Under the pieces are notes generated by a model. That model was not told where the DNA came from. It worked only from the letters and a program-made list of their open reading frames with translations, and searched no databases. The position numbers and the translations under genes were made by a program. Shown piece by piece: positions 48,209 through 60,515 of a DNA stretch of 64,000 nucleotides (positions are counted from its first letter, which is position 1; every line of letters begins with the position of its first letter). Location: positions 78,738-142,737 of the forward strand of contig JBHGNT010000064.1 of assembly GCA_043228905.1 (NCBI GenBank). The letters are read 5' to 3'. Source of the DNA: Azolla caroliniana. Its lineage: Eukaryota > Plantae > Polypodiophyta.

Positions 48209-49366
48209 ATGGCTACTGTTAGCGCCCAAGAATTTCAATCCGTTTTCTCCGAGTTACAGTGCCTAAAAGAAAAGTTTGTTGCCCTGGAACAAGAAAACCA
48301 ACGGTTGATAGGGGATCTGCAACAAATCGCTCTAGAAAAGCAACAAACGCAACAACAACATGGGGAGTTAGCGTTACGGGTGCAACAACTCAAAGCGGCA
48401 TTGCAACAACAAGGATCAAGTCCCCAAGGATTTCATAAAGAGCCAAAGATTGGACTTCCTGTGAAATTTGATGGAACGCGATCGCAATTCAGGGGATTCC
48501 TTAATCAGGTACGATTAGTCCTCCAAATGCATCCTTCCCGATACCCCACTGATGCATCCCGAGTCGGCTTAATAGGCACGTTGCTTAGCGGCTCAGCCTT
48601 AGCATGGTTCGCTCCGCTTCTAGAAAAACAATCGCCCTTGCTTAATAACTTTGAAGATTTTATTAGTGAGTTCAAAGCTTGCTTTGGAGACACCGATAGC
48701 ATCAGGACGGCGATCAACAAGATCCGGCGATTGCGTCAAGGCGATCGTCCAGCCTCTGCCTATGTGGCGGATTTCCGCCTACTCGCTTCCGACATACCCT
48801 GGGATGATCAAGCACTAATGGAGCAGTTTCGCTATGGCCTGCGAAATGATGTCAAAGATCTATTTCTAACCTTCCCCGAAGAACCAAAGTCTCTTACGGA
48901 GGCAATCAGTCGAGCGGTCCGATGTGACAACCGCCTCTTCGAACGGCGTTCGGAACGTCAATTACAGATACCACGCGCTAGGCCGGAGCCCACTTACGCC
49001 GCAATCTCGGCTAGACCATTTGCACGAGACATTCCTCAAGCAAATACTTCGACACCGATGGAGATCGATACCATGCGTCGACGCGGCCCGTTATCGGAAG
49101 AAGAAAAGCAACGACGACGTGCAAATCGATTATGTCTTTATTGCGGTGGACCAGGGCATATCGCAATCAATTGTCCCCATAGGCCAAGAAGACAGTTAAA
49201 TCAAATTGTAGCCTGTACTAAACCCGAGTCAATTCTTCCCTTAGGAGTGTCTGATAGTATTAATAGTACTAATAGAGTGTTTGATAGTATTCATAGTACT
49301 AATAGCCCAAGTATCTCAAATAAATTTGAAATCCTTAGTCAATTAGATGAAGAGTTAAACGATTGA
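48209..49366 (+). CDS. gag: Chromovirus Gag
   Basis: PVKFDGTR, PMEID, CLYCGGPGHIAINC; open frame. Confidence 0.9.
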   Translation: MATVSAQEFQSVFSELQCLKEKFVALEQENQRLIGDLQQIALEKQQTQQQHGELALRVQQLKAALQQQGSSPQGFHKEPKIGLPVKFDGTRSQFRGFLNQVRLVLQMHPSRYPTDASRVGLIGTLLSGSALAWFAPLLEKQSPLLNNFEDFISEFKACFGDTDSIRTAINKIRRLRQGDRPASAYVADFRLLASDIPWDDQALMEQFRYGLRNDVKDLFLTFPEEPKSLTEAISRAVRCDNRLFERRSERQLQIPRARPEPTYAAISARPFARDIPQANTSTPMEIDTMRRRGPLSEEEKQRRRANRLCLYCGGPGHIAINCPHRPRRQLNQIVACTKPESILPLGVSDSINSTNRVFDSIHSTNSPSISNKFEILSQLDEELND

Positions 49367-52300
49367 GTCCAGCCAAAATAGGAGCCGTTTGGTTGGACAA
49401 TAGCCCTAGATCTGTACAGCCCATTAGTGGTTCCATTCCTTCCAAGCAAGTTAGCAATGTGTTCCTAGCCCAAGTCATTGTTAGTACTAAAAGTACTCCC
49501 CCAGTACCCATCCTAGCACTTTTAGATTCCGGAGCTAATTCTTGTTTCATGGATCGAAATTTTTCCCAAGCTTCTCAGATATCCTTAAGAAAATTTCCTT
49601 GTCCCGCATCTGTAGTAGTCATTGATGGTCGTCCCATTGCTTCCGGGAATATTATAGAAGAATCAGAACCCATTCAAGTTGTCCTAGGTAGTTTTGTGTG
49701 TGTAATATCATTTAATATAATTAGTAGTCCAGAGCATCCCATTATCCTAGGATTACCTTGGTTTGAATTACATAATCCAGCCATAGATTGGAGAACAAGA
49801 GAAGTCCGATATCGACCACCCCAAGAATCAACTCACCAAGTTTCGACCATTTCACTCCATCAACTACGCGAAGAAGGACCCAAGGAGGCAATGTTCCTAT
49901 TTGCAATATCAGTACATCCTTCCAGCACTATTAAGAAGGACTCCTCAGTACAACTTCCAGCAAAATATCATCCTTATGCCGATGTATTTGACAAGGTAAA
50001 AGCCGATACCCTTCCTCATCACCGTCCCTATGACTGTCCCATCGATTTACAACCAGGAACCGAGCCACCATGGGGACCAATTTACAACTTGTCACCCACC
50101 GAGTTAGAAGTCCTTCGAGCCTACATAGAGGAGAACTTGGCAAGCGGGTTCATCCGCCATTCGAAATCTCCGGCCGGTGCACCCATCTTCTTTGTCAAGA
50201 AGAAAGATGGCTCACTTCGTCTTGTCGTTGATTACCGCGGATTGAATAAAGTCACCATCCGGAATAGGTATGCACTTCCTCTCATATCAAGTCTTTTAGA
50301 GCGAGTTAATGGTGCCAAGTTTTTTACTAAAATCGACCGACGAGGAGCGTATAATCTCGTGCGGATCCGACCGGGAGATGAGTGGAAGACCGCCTTTCGC
50401 ACGCGGTATGGGCATTTCGAGTATATTGTTATGCCGTTTGGCCTAACCAATGCACCCGCAGTCTTCCAACACATGGCAAATGATATATTCAGAGACCTCT
50501 TGGATATCTGTTTGATCATTTATCTGGATGATCTGTTGATTTATTCGAAGACCCAGGAAGAGCACGATTCTCATGTACTATTAGTACTAAAGCGACTCCG
50601 CGACAATGGTCTTTATGCCAAGCTAGAAAAATGTAGCTTTGACTGCAAGCAAGTGGAATTTCTAGGCTACGTCATCTCCTCAAAGGGCATCGCCATGGAT
50701 CCCGCTAAAATCCAAACTATACTAGAGTGGCAAATTCCACGGTCGGTACGAGATGTACAATGTTTTCTAGGTTTTGCTAACTTCTACCGTAAGTTTATAC
50801 AGGATTACTCGAAGATTATTTTACCTCTCACACAACTTACGAAGAAGGGCCAAGCATTTCTTTGGTCCATAGAAGCAGATATGGCTTTTCGGCATCTTAA
50901 GAAAGCCTTTACATCAGCACCGATTCTAGCTCATGTGGATACAAGCAAACCATTCATCATGGAGGCTGACGCTTCAGATTTCGCCCTCGGTAGCAACCTT
51001 TCTCAACAAGGCGATAAAGAAGAGTTGCATCCGGTGGCTTTCCATTCGCGCAAATTCGATGTCGCAGAAATCAACTACGAAATACATGACAAGGAGTTAT
51101 TAGCCATCGTGGATTCATTTGTACAATGGCGGCATTTCTTAGAGGGCTCTCCACATCAGGTCATTGTCTTTAGCGATCATAAAAATCTTGCTTATTTTCA
51201 AAACGCTCGCGTACTAAATCGACGGCAAGCTCGGTGGGCGCAATTCCTCACGCGTTTCGACTTCAAAATCACATATCGACCGGGGAAGCAGCAAAGAAAA
51301 GCAGATGCACTATCACGGCGTTCATATCTTGCACCTCATCCTGGTGACGCAACATTTGATAATCAAAAGCAAGTAATCTTGGGACCAACACGATTGCACA
51401 CGACGCGGATTTTTCACACCCCGATGGATTCACGGATTACCAATGACATATGTGCAACCTTGAAGGCGGATAGTTTTGCTCAAGACATCCTGGCGCACAT
51501 TGATACTTCTCGGGCATCCTATTCTCAGTCTCAACAACCAGGTATTGACTACCGACAATTCGAATATCATGATGGTTTGTTATTCTTTGAAAAGCGCGTA
51601 TATGTCCCCGATTGCTCCTGTCGCCTTCAAATCGTCCAACATTGTCACGATACCCATACGGCGGGACATTTCGGTAGTACTAAGACGTTGGAGCTAGTGC
51701 AGCGATCTTTTTGGTGGCCCCAAATGCGCCGTTTTGTCGACGACTACGTTCGGACCTGTGATGCTTGCTGCCGAGCAAAGATGCCACGACATCATCCATA
51801 TGGCTTGTTGGAACCTTTACCGATTCCAAGTAAGCCATGGCAGTCTATTTGTCTTGATTTTATCACAGATCTGCCGGTCTCGAAGGGGTTCGATGCTATC
51901 CTAACCATCGTCGATCGATATACGAAGATGGCATATTTTGTGCCATGTACTAAAGCCATCACTAGCGAGGAAACCGCCGCTCTTGTTATGCGTGAGGTAT
52001 TTCGGCATCATGGCCTCCCAGACAGTATTATCAGTGACCGAGGCCCGCAATTTGTCTCCAAATTTTGGTAGCATCTCTTCAAGATGCTCAAGGTCTCCTG
52101 CAACCTCTCCTCCGGCTACCATCCTCAAACCGACGGACAGGTGGAACGAACTAACCAAACGCTGGAGCAATATCTCCGGTGTTTCCTGAGTTATCAACAG
52201 GACGATTGGGCCGAGATTCTCCACTTTGCGGAGTTTGCGTATAATAATGCTATTCACTCCTCGACTCGGGTCTCCCCATTTTTCGCTTATACCGGTTTCC

Positions 52301-52882
52301 ATCCTCGCGGGTCGGTGATCGACACTCCGGAGCTACCTACCAACCCTCGTGCCGAGGATCATTTGGAGAGGCTACGCAACATCCAGATGGATCTCTCTAC
52401 TCACCTTTGTCATGCTCAACACACACAGAAGACTGATGCGGATCGTCATCGGATTCCCTCCTCGACCGTGCGACAAGTTGGATTATCGACGACTCGGTCC
52501 TTTTCCTATTACGGGGAAGATTAATGATGTCACCTTCCGCCTTGATCTCCCTCCGCAGCTTCAGATACATCCGGTTTTCCATTGTTCTCTTCTTGAGCCT
52601 TATAAAGCAAACACCATTCCCGATCGTGTGACACCACCGCCGCCCCCGCTTGAGTTGGACGCCGGCCCGGAGTATGAAGTTGCTGCCATCCTCGATTCCA
52701 AACTTTTTCGCAACAAACTTTATTACTTGGTCGATTGGCTCGGTTATAGTCCGAGCGAACGTACTTGGGAACCCGTCGAGCATGTTGCCAATGCACAAGA
52801 TCTTCTTGCTGATTTCCACCGAAAGTATCCGAACAAACCCGGTCTGCAATTAGCGCCGACTCGTTCCACTCGTCGTCTTTAA
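49363..52882 (+). pseudogene. pol: Chromovirus Pol (PR-RT-RH-INT-chromodomain), -1 frame relative to gag
   Basis: LLDSGA, YLDD, DASD, SDRGPQF, GPF and EYEVAAILDS...WLGY...WEP; stop at 52069 and deletion/frameshift near 52460. Confidence 0.93.
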
Positions 52883-53644
52883 GGGGGAGATAGTGTCATG
52901 ATATGGCAAGACTCGAACCCATGACCTTATGTTACATGGGTCGAGCTCCTACCATTAGACTATGAATTGTATTTTGTAGAATATTATTTTCATTTATGCT
53001 TTATCATAGAAAATTGATGTATATTCCAGATCTCTCTGGAACATTCTAGAAGCTTCAGGATTATTCCTAAAAACACTATAAAAGGAGGCACAAGGCATTG
53101 TTTTGAACCAAATTGGTTCAACACCAGTCTTAAGCCTCTTAGCCGATTTGTACTTATCTTTCATATAATATAAGCGTTGCTATCATCATCCTATTTCTCT
53201 CTCTCTCCTCTTCTCACTTCCTCTCTCTTGGGAATCTTACGTAGTCCCGTCCTCTTAGTACTAATAGTACTACTCTTCTTAGTACTAATTCCATCTCTGT
53301 TTTAGTACTATTCCTGACAGTCAGAAACCAAGGACGGAGATATCCTCTCCGAGAGAGAAGAGCCCCCCGGAGATTTCCGGATGCAGGGCATGTGTTGCTA
53401 ACTGATGAGGGGGAGCCGAAAAGCTTCAAAGAAGCAAAGAGAGACACCCACAGCTGCAAGTGGTTGAGTGCCATGCAGGATGAGATGGATTCACTACATG
53501 AGAACCACGCGTATGAACTAACAGAATTGCCAAAAGGAAAGAGGGCACTCCGGACCAAGTGGGTGTACAAGTTGAAACCGCGAGATGCCGAAAACCCATC
53601 GAGATACAAAGCGTAGATCGTGGTGACGGGGTTCCAGCAAAAGA

Positions 53645-56600
53645 TGTTGGGAGACAGGTCCCTCCGGATGGGAAGGGAGAAGAACAGTGCCGATGAACAA
53701 TCTCGGCTGATGAGGAGTACCCGGCTACGGAGAGCCGGATGGTGCAGGCCCGGTGAGAACCGGATGAGGAGTACCCGGCTACGGAGAGCCGGATGGTGCA
53801 GGCCCGGTGAGAACCGGATGAGGAGCACCCGGCTACGGAGAGCTAGATGACGCAGACCCGGTGAGAACCGGAGGAAGAGACATATTCGTAAATATGTTTC
53901 TGAGAGCCCATCGAGGCTATACTTGTAAATAGCGGAAAAGTCATATTACTATAAATATGACTTAGGGCAAACATGAACTGTAGTTGTTGTCATTTTCTTG
54001 TTGGTGCAAGAAGAAGAGAGAGCACGTAACAGTGTACAGAGAGAGGAGAGAGAAAGAGGTCGCTGCCTGATGATGAAGGCTACACGGGTAGCATCCGGAA
54101 CGGTGTCATGAAGTTCAGCAAAGGGAGCCTGATTGTGGCTAGGGCCCGGAAGGTCAACACATTGTACCTGATGAATGCTCGGTTATGTCCGGAAGAAGTG
54201 AACGTGGCATCCGACACTACCGGTGAGCTGTGGCACAAGAAGCTGTGTCATATGAGCGAGAAGGGGATGAAGAGGCTTGCAGACGACAACCTCATTCCAG
54301 TGAAGAACGTGCACCTGGAGAAGTGCACTGACTGTCTGGACGGTAAGCAAAACCGGACCTCCTTCCAACCAAGGCCACCGATGAGACGTAATGGACCATT
54401 GGAGTTGGTGCATACGGATGTGTGTCAAGTAGACACGAAGTCACATGCCGGAGGGCAGTTCGAGGAGTACTGCCGCTCGAAGGGAATCCGGATCGAATTT
54501 ACCGTGCTGAAGATGCCGGAACTAAACGGACTAGCCGAGAGGATGAACCGGACCATAATGGAGAGGGTCCGGAGTATGCCAGCGCATGCAAAACTACCCA
54601 AGAAGTTTTGGGTTGAGGCACTGTCGACGGCGACATATGTGATAAATAGATCACCCTCGGTACCCTTGGACGGAGACACGCCACAGAGAGTATGGACCGG
54701 TAAGGAAGTGTCCTATCGGCATCTGAAGGTGTTCGGGTGTCTCGCATATGTGCATGTAGCTAAGGACCGGAGAGGAAAGTTAGATCCAGAGACCCAGCCA
54801 TGCATATTCCTCGGTTACGGTGACGATGAGTTCGGCTACCGAGTGTGGGACCTGGTCGACAAGAAGGTATTCTGGAGTCGAGATATTATCTTCATGGAGG
54901 ACAAGACGCTCGCCGACTGGGAGTCGGAGAAGAAGATAATGAACTCTGAGTCGACCGGTAAGGATCGACTCTACGATGAGCACACCCAACCGGCAAGAGA
55001 CCGGTTAGCACTCAAGGGACCAGCCGGTTACGGTGAGGATACCGAACAAGCTGAGGAAGAAGTAGAGGAAGCTGAGACCGGAACCGGCCTAGACCCCGAA
55101 TCGGATTCGGATGAAGAGCAAATGGAGGAGCCGGCTACCGAAGCCCAAAGACGGAGATATCCTCTTAGAGAGAGAAGGCCCCCCCGGAGATTTCCGGATG
55201 TAGAGCATGTTCTGCTGACCGATGAGGGGGAGCCGAAAAGCTTCAAAGAAGCGAAGGATGACACCCACAGCCGAAAATGGTTAAGTGCCATGCAAGACGA
55301 GATGGATTCCCTGCATGAGAACCATACGTACAAATTGGTGGAGTTGCCAAAAGGAAAGCGGGCTCTCCGAAACAAGTGGGTGTACAAGTTGAAACCGGGA
55401 GATGCCGACAACCCCCCGAGATACAAAGCCAAGATCGTGGTGAAGGGGTTCCAGCAGAAGAAGAGCGTGGACTTGGACGAGATATTTGCCCCGGTTGTAA
55501 AGATGACCTCCATCCGGACGGTGCTAAGTATAGCGGCAAGCATGGACCTTGAGGTAGAACAGCTGGACGTGAAGACGACATTCCTTCACGGCGACCTCGA
55601 AGAGGGGATCTACATGCAGCAACCGGAAGGATTTGTGGAGAAAGGGAAGGAGCACCTGGTTTGCCGGTTGAAGAAGAGCCTCTACGGGTTGAAGCAGGCC
55701 CCCCGGCAATGGTACCGGAAGTTCGACTCCTTCATGACCGATCAAGGGTACCACAAGACGCAGGCCGATCACTGCGTGTTTGTGAAGAAGTTCGAAGGAG
55801 GCGACTTCTTGATACTCCTCCTGTACGTGGATGACATGTTGATCGTCGGACGTGACCAAGTCAAAATACGGATGCTGAAGAAGGCTCTCAACCGGACCTT
55901 CTCAATGAAAGACTTGGGTCCAGCAAGACAGATGTTGGGGATGCACATCATTCGGGACCGGTCAAAGAAGCAATTATGGTTGTCACAAGAGAAGTACGTG
56001 ACAAAGGTGCTTCATCGGTTCAACATGTCAGATGCGAAACCGGTCGGATCGACATTTCCGGCAAACTGCAGGCTATCTGGTAAGCAAAGCCCGAAGACGA
56101 ACATAGAGAAGGCGGATATGATGAAGATTCCATATGCCTCTGTCGTCGGGAGCTTGATGTACGCAATGGTTTGTACCTGACCGGACATTGGATACGCAGT
56201 CGGAGTGGTGAGCCGGTGCATGAGCAATCCCGGCAAGGAGCACTGGAACGCGGTCAAATGGATACTCCGGTATTTGAAGGGCACTTCAAATATGTGTCTC
56301 CGATTCGGCTCCGGAAAACCTCAACTTGACGGTTTCACCGATTCGGACATGTCGGCTGATGTGGATACCAGCTGGTCTACATCTGGGTATGGAATGACAT
56401 ATGCAGGGGGAGTTGTTTCGTGGCAGTCGAGGCTACAGAAGACGGTTGCATTGTCAACAACGGAGGCGGAGTACATGGCAGCTGTGGAAGCCAGCAAGGA
56501 AGTATTATGGATGAAGGACTTTATCGGAGAGCTCGGTATCCTGCAAGATGAATACCGACTCTATTGGGACAGTCAAAGTGCCATCCACCTTGCTAAGAAT

Positions 56601-57556
56601 GCGGCCTACCATTCCCGGACAAAGCATATCCAGCGTAGATATCACTGGATCCGGGAAAGAGTAGATGACCAGGAGTTCGCACTGTCGAAGATCCACACGG
56701 CCGAGAACGGGTCAGATATGCTGACCAAAGTTCTGATACCCGACAAGCTGGATGCATGCCGGAAGCGGATCGGACTGGTAAGACACCCCATGCCGGAGTG
56801 AAGGGGGAGTTTGTTGGGAGACAAGTCCCTCCGGATGAGAAGGGAGAAGAACAATGCCGATGAACAAGGCCGAAATCGGATGAGGAGTACCCGGCTACGG
56901 AGAGCCGGATGGTGCAGGCCCAGTGAGAACCGGATGAAGAGTACCCGGCTACAGAGATCCGGATGGTGTAGACTCGGTGAGAACCGGATGAGGAGTACCC
57001 GACTACGGAGAGCCGGATGGTGCAGGCCCGGTGAGAACCGGATGAGGAGCACCTAGCTACAGAGAGCCGAATGACGCAGACCCGGTGAGAACCGGAGGAA
57101 GAGACATATTCGTAAATATGTTTCTGAGAGCCCATCGAGGCTATACTTGTAAATAGCGGAAAAGTCATATTACTATAAATATGACTTAGGGCAAACATGA
57201 ACTGTAGTTGTTGTCATTTTCTTGTTGGTGCAAGAAGAAGAGAGAGCACGTAACAGTGTACAGAGAGAGGAGAGAGAAAGAGGTCGCTACCTCTGTTGTA
57301 ACCGCCGCCTGTGGCGAAGATCGTGAGCACGAGGTCGTTGCCTCCGTGAACTCACTGTTTTGTACATTCCAACATAGTGATAGTTTGCAGCCTATGGGCT
57401 GCCGTGGTTTTTCCCTCTTTGGGTTTTCCACGTAAACATCCTGTGTACCTTTTCTCTCCTTTGTGTCGCGTGTTTTCCGTTTCCTGTTTTCTGTGTATGA
57501 AAAGAATCTCGGTTGTGGCCGAGCGTTGTGCATAAGGAGCGTTTGAGTCCCCGTCA
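53645..57556 (+). mobile_element. Tork-like copia lacking U5, PBS, gag and PR
   Basis: TSD AAAGA; partial 5' LTR 53645 to ~54067; INT-RT-RH 54108-56801 (YVDD, STTEAEY); PPT; 3' LTR 56812-57556. Confidence 0.92.
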
Positions 57557-58921
57557 AAAGAAAGGAGTGGATTTCGACGGGATCTTTGCCCCGGTAGTAA
57601 AGATGACATCCATCTGGAGAATATTGGGGATAACGGCAAGCATGGACCTTGAGGTAGACCAACTGGACGTCAAAACGGCATTCCTACATGGCGACCTCAA
57701 AGAAGAGATCTACATGCATCAACCGGAAGGATTTGAGAAGAAAGGGAAGGAGCACCTAGTGTGCCAACTGAAGAAGAGCTTATACGGATTGAAGCAAGCT
57801 CCCGGGCAATGGTACCGGAAGTTCGACTCCTTCATGACCGACCAAGGGTACCACAAGATGCAGGCCGATCACTGCGTGTTTGTGAAGAAATTTGATGGAC
57901 GAGATTTCCTAATACTCCTCCTATATGTGGATGATATGTTGATCGTCGGATGAGACCAACGCAAGATTCAGATGTAGAAGAAGGCTCTGAACCGGACCTT
58001 CTCAATGAAAGACTTGGGGCTGGCAAGAAAAATATTGGGAATGCACATAATCCGGGACCGGTCGAAGAAGCTATTGTGGTTGTCATAGGAGAAGTACATT
58101 ACAAAGGTGCTTCAACGGTTCAACATGTCGGAGGTGACACTTCCGACAAACGGCAAGCTATCCGGAAAACAAAGCCCGATGACAAAGGCGGAGAAAAAGG
58201 ACATGATGAAGAGACCATATGCCTCTGCCGTCAGAAGCTTGATGTACGCGATGGTATGTACTCGGCCGGATATCGGATATGCGGTCGGAGTGGTGAGCCA
58301 GTTCATGAGCAATCCCGGTAAATAGCACTGGAACGCGGTCAAGTGGATACTCTGGTATCTGAAAGGCACCTCGAGTATGTGCCTCCAGTTCGGCTCAGGT
58401 AATCCCCAACTTGACAGATTCACGAATTTGGATATGTCGGCTAATGGGGATACCAGCCGGTTGACATTCGGATATGTCATGACTTATGCAGGGAGAGTTG
58501 TTTCATGGAAATCGAGGTTGCAGAAGACGGTTGCGTTGTCAACCACGGAGGTGGAGTACATGGCACTTGTGGAAGCCGTCAAGGCGATAATCTGGATGAC
58601 GGACTTCATCGGAGAGCTAGGGATCCAATAGGAGGAATACTGGCTCTACTGCGACAATCAAAGTGCCATCCACCTTGCAAAGAACGTGGCCAACCATTAC
58701 CAGATGAAACATGTCCAACGGAGGTACCATTGGATCCGGGAGGGAGTGGAAGATCAAGAGTTCTTGTTGATGAAGATCCACACAAAGGAGAACGGATCAG
58801 ATATGTTGACCAAGGTGTTGACGACTGACAAGCTGGATGTGTACCGAAAGCGGATCGGGCTGACGAGACATCCCATGCCGGAGTTAAAGGGGAGATTGTT
58901 GGGAAGTCGGTCCCTCCGGAT

Positions 58922-60515
58922 TGTTAAAAATAGTGCTCGGCCACAACCGAGGAATAGGATCAACTCTCCAGAAAACAGGAAATACAAAATGCACGAAGAC
59001 AATAGAGAGAAAAGTACACAGGATGTTTTTCGTGGAAAACCCTAAATGGGAAAAACCACGGGAGTCCTCAGACTCCAACTATCACTATAAACAGAGATGT
59101 ACGATGGTGAGGCTACAAGGCAACAACCTTGAGCTCACTATCTTCGCCACAGGCGGCGGTAATACACAGAGGCAACGACCTCTTCGTCTCTCTCTCACTC
59201 TCTCTCTCTCTCTCTCTCTCTCGGCTGCTCTCTTCACTCTTGCACACATAAGAGTGGCAATACACAATAGGCAACAACATACAGCCAGCAACACTAAACA
59301 GTTTGCCCTAAGTCATATTTATACACATATGACTTTCGGACTATTTACAAATATAGCCTCAAGGGCCCTTGGCAAACATATTCACAAATATGTCCCCGCA
59401 TCCGGATCTCTCTCCGGGTACATTCGTCATCCGGCTCCGTAGCCGGGGTCTTCATCATCCGGCTCCGTAGCCGGGGTCTTCATCATCCGGATCCGGAACC
59501 GGGTCTTCATCATCCGGCTCCGATACCGGGTACTCTTGATCCGGCTTCATGCCGGGTACTCTTCATCCTCTGGTTCCGTAACCGTAACCGGGCTTGCCGT
59601 CATTCATCTCCGGACATCCCATCCGGAGGGACCGAAATCCCAACAAACTCCCCCTTCACTTCGGCATGGGATGTCTCTCCAATCCGATCCTCTTCCGGCA
59701 TGCTTCCAGCTTGTCGGGTGTGAGCACTTTGGTCAGCATGTCTGACCCGTTCTCGTCCGTGTGGATCTTCGTCAGCACAAACTCCTGGTCTTCTATCCTT
59801 TTCCGGATCCAGTGATATCTTCGCTGGATGTGCTTCGTCCGGGAGTGATAGGCCGCGTTTTTCGCAAGGTGGATGGCACTCTGACTGTCGCAGTAGAGTC
59901 GGTACTCCTCCTGCCGGATACCGAGCTCTCTAATGAAGTCCTTCATCCATATTATTTCCTTGCCGGCTTCAACAGCCGCCATGTACTCCGCCTCCGTGGT
60001 TGACAATGCAACCGTCTTCTGCAGCCTCGACTGCCACGAAACAGCTCCCCCTGCATACGTCATCACATACCCTGATGTGGACCGGCTGGTATCTGCATCA
60101 GCCGACATATCCGAATCGGTAAAGCCGTCGAGTTCGGGCTTACCGGAGCCGAATCGTAGGCACACGTTCGAAGTGCCCTTTAAGTATCGGAGTATCCATT
60201 TGACCGCGTTCCAGTGTTCCTTGCCGGGATTACTCATATACCGGCTCACCACTCCGACTGCATATCCAATGTCCGGTCAGGTACACACCATTGCGTACAT
60301 CAAGCTCCCGACGGCAGAGGCATATGGTATCTTCATCATATCCTCCTTTTCAACCTTTGTCTTGGAACTTTGCTTGCCGGATAACTTGCAGTTTGCCGGG
60401 AGGGTCGATCCGACCGGTCTTGCTTCCGACATGTTGAACCGTTGAAGCACCTTTGTCACGTACTTCTCCTGTGACAGCCACAACTGCTTCTTCCTCCGGT
60501 CCCGGATGATGTGCA
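58922..60515 (-). mobile_element. Tork-like copia 3' end, inserted in the host 3' LTR
   Basis: 3' LTR 58922-59645; PPT 59646-59657; RNase H 59656-60252; RT interrupted at 60516. Confidence 0.9.

Larger units (their letters stand above)
47706..53319 (+). mobile_element. Near-intact chromovirus (Tcn1/Tf1-like Ty3/gypsy)
   Basis: 426-bp LTRs 47706-48131 and 52894-53319; TSD GTCAG; PPT 52881-52893; no tRNA PBS. Confidence 0.96.
41351..58921 (+). mobile_element. Tork-like Ty1/copia hosting three nested inserts; 3' LTR interrupted at 58922
   Basis: 5' LTR 41351-41878; PBS 41882-41893; coding pieces 41908-43300, 46646-47705, 53320-53644 and 57557-58890; PPT; 3' LTR starts 58897. Confidence 0.9.
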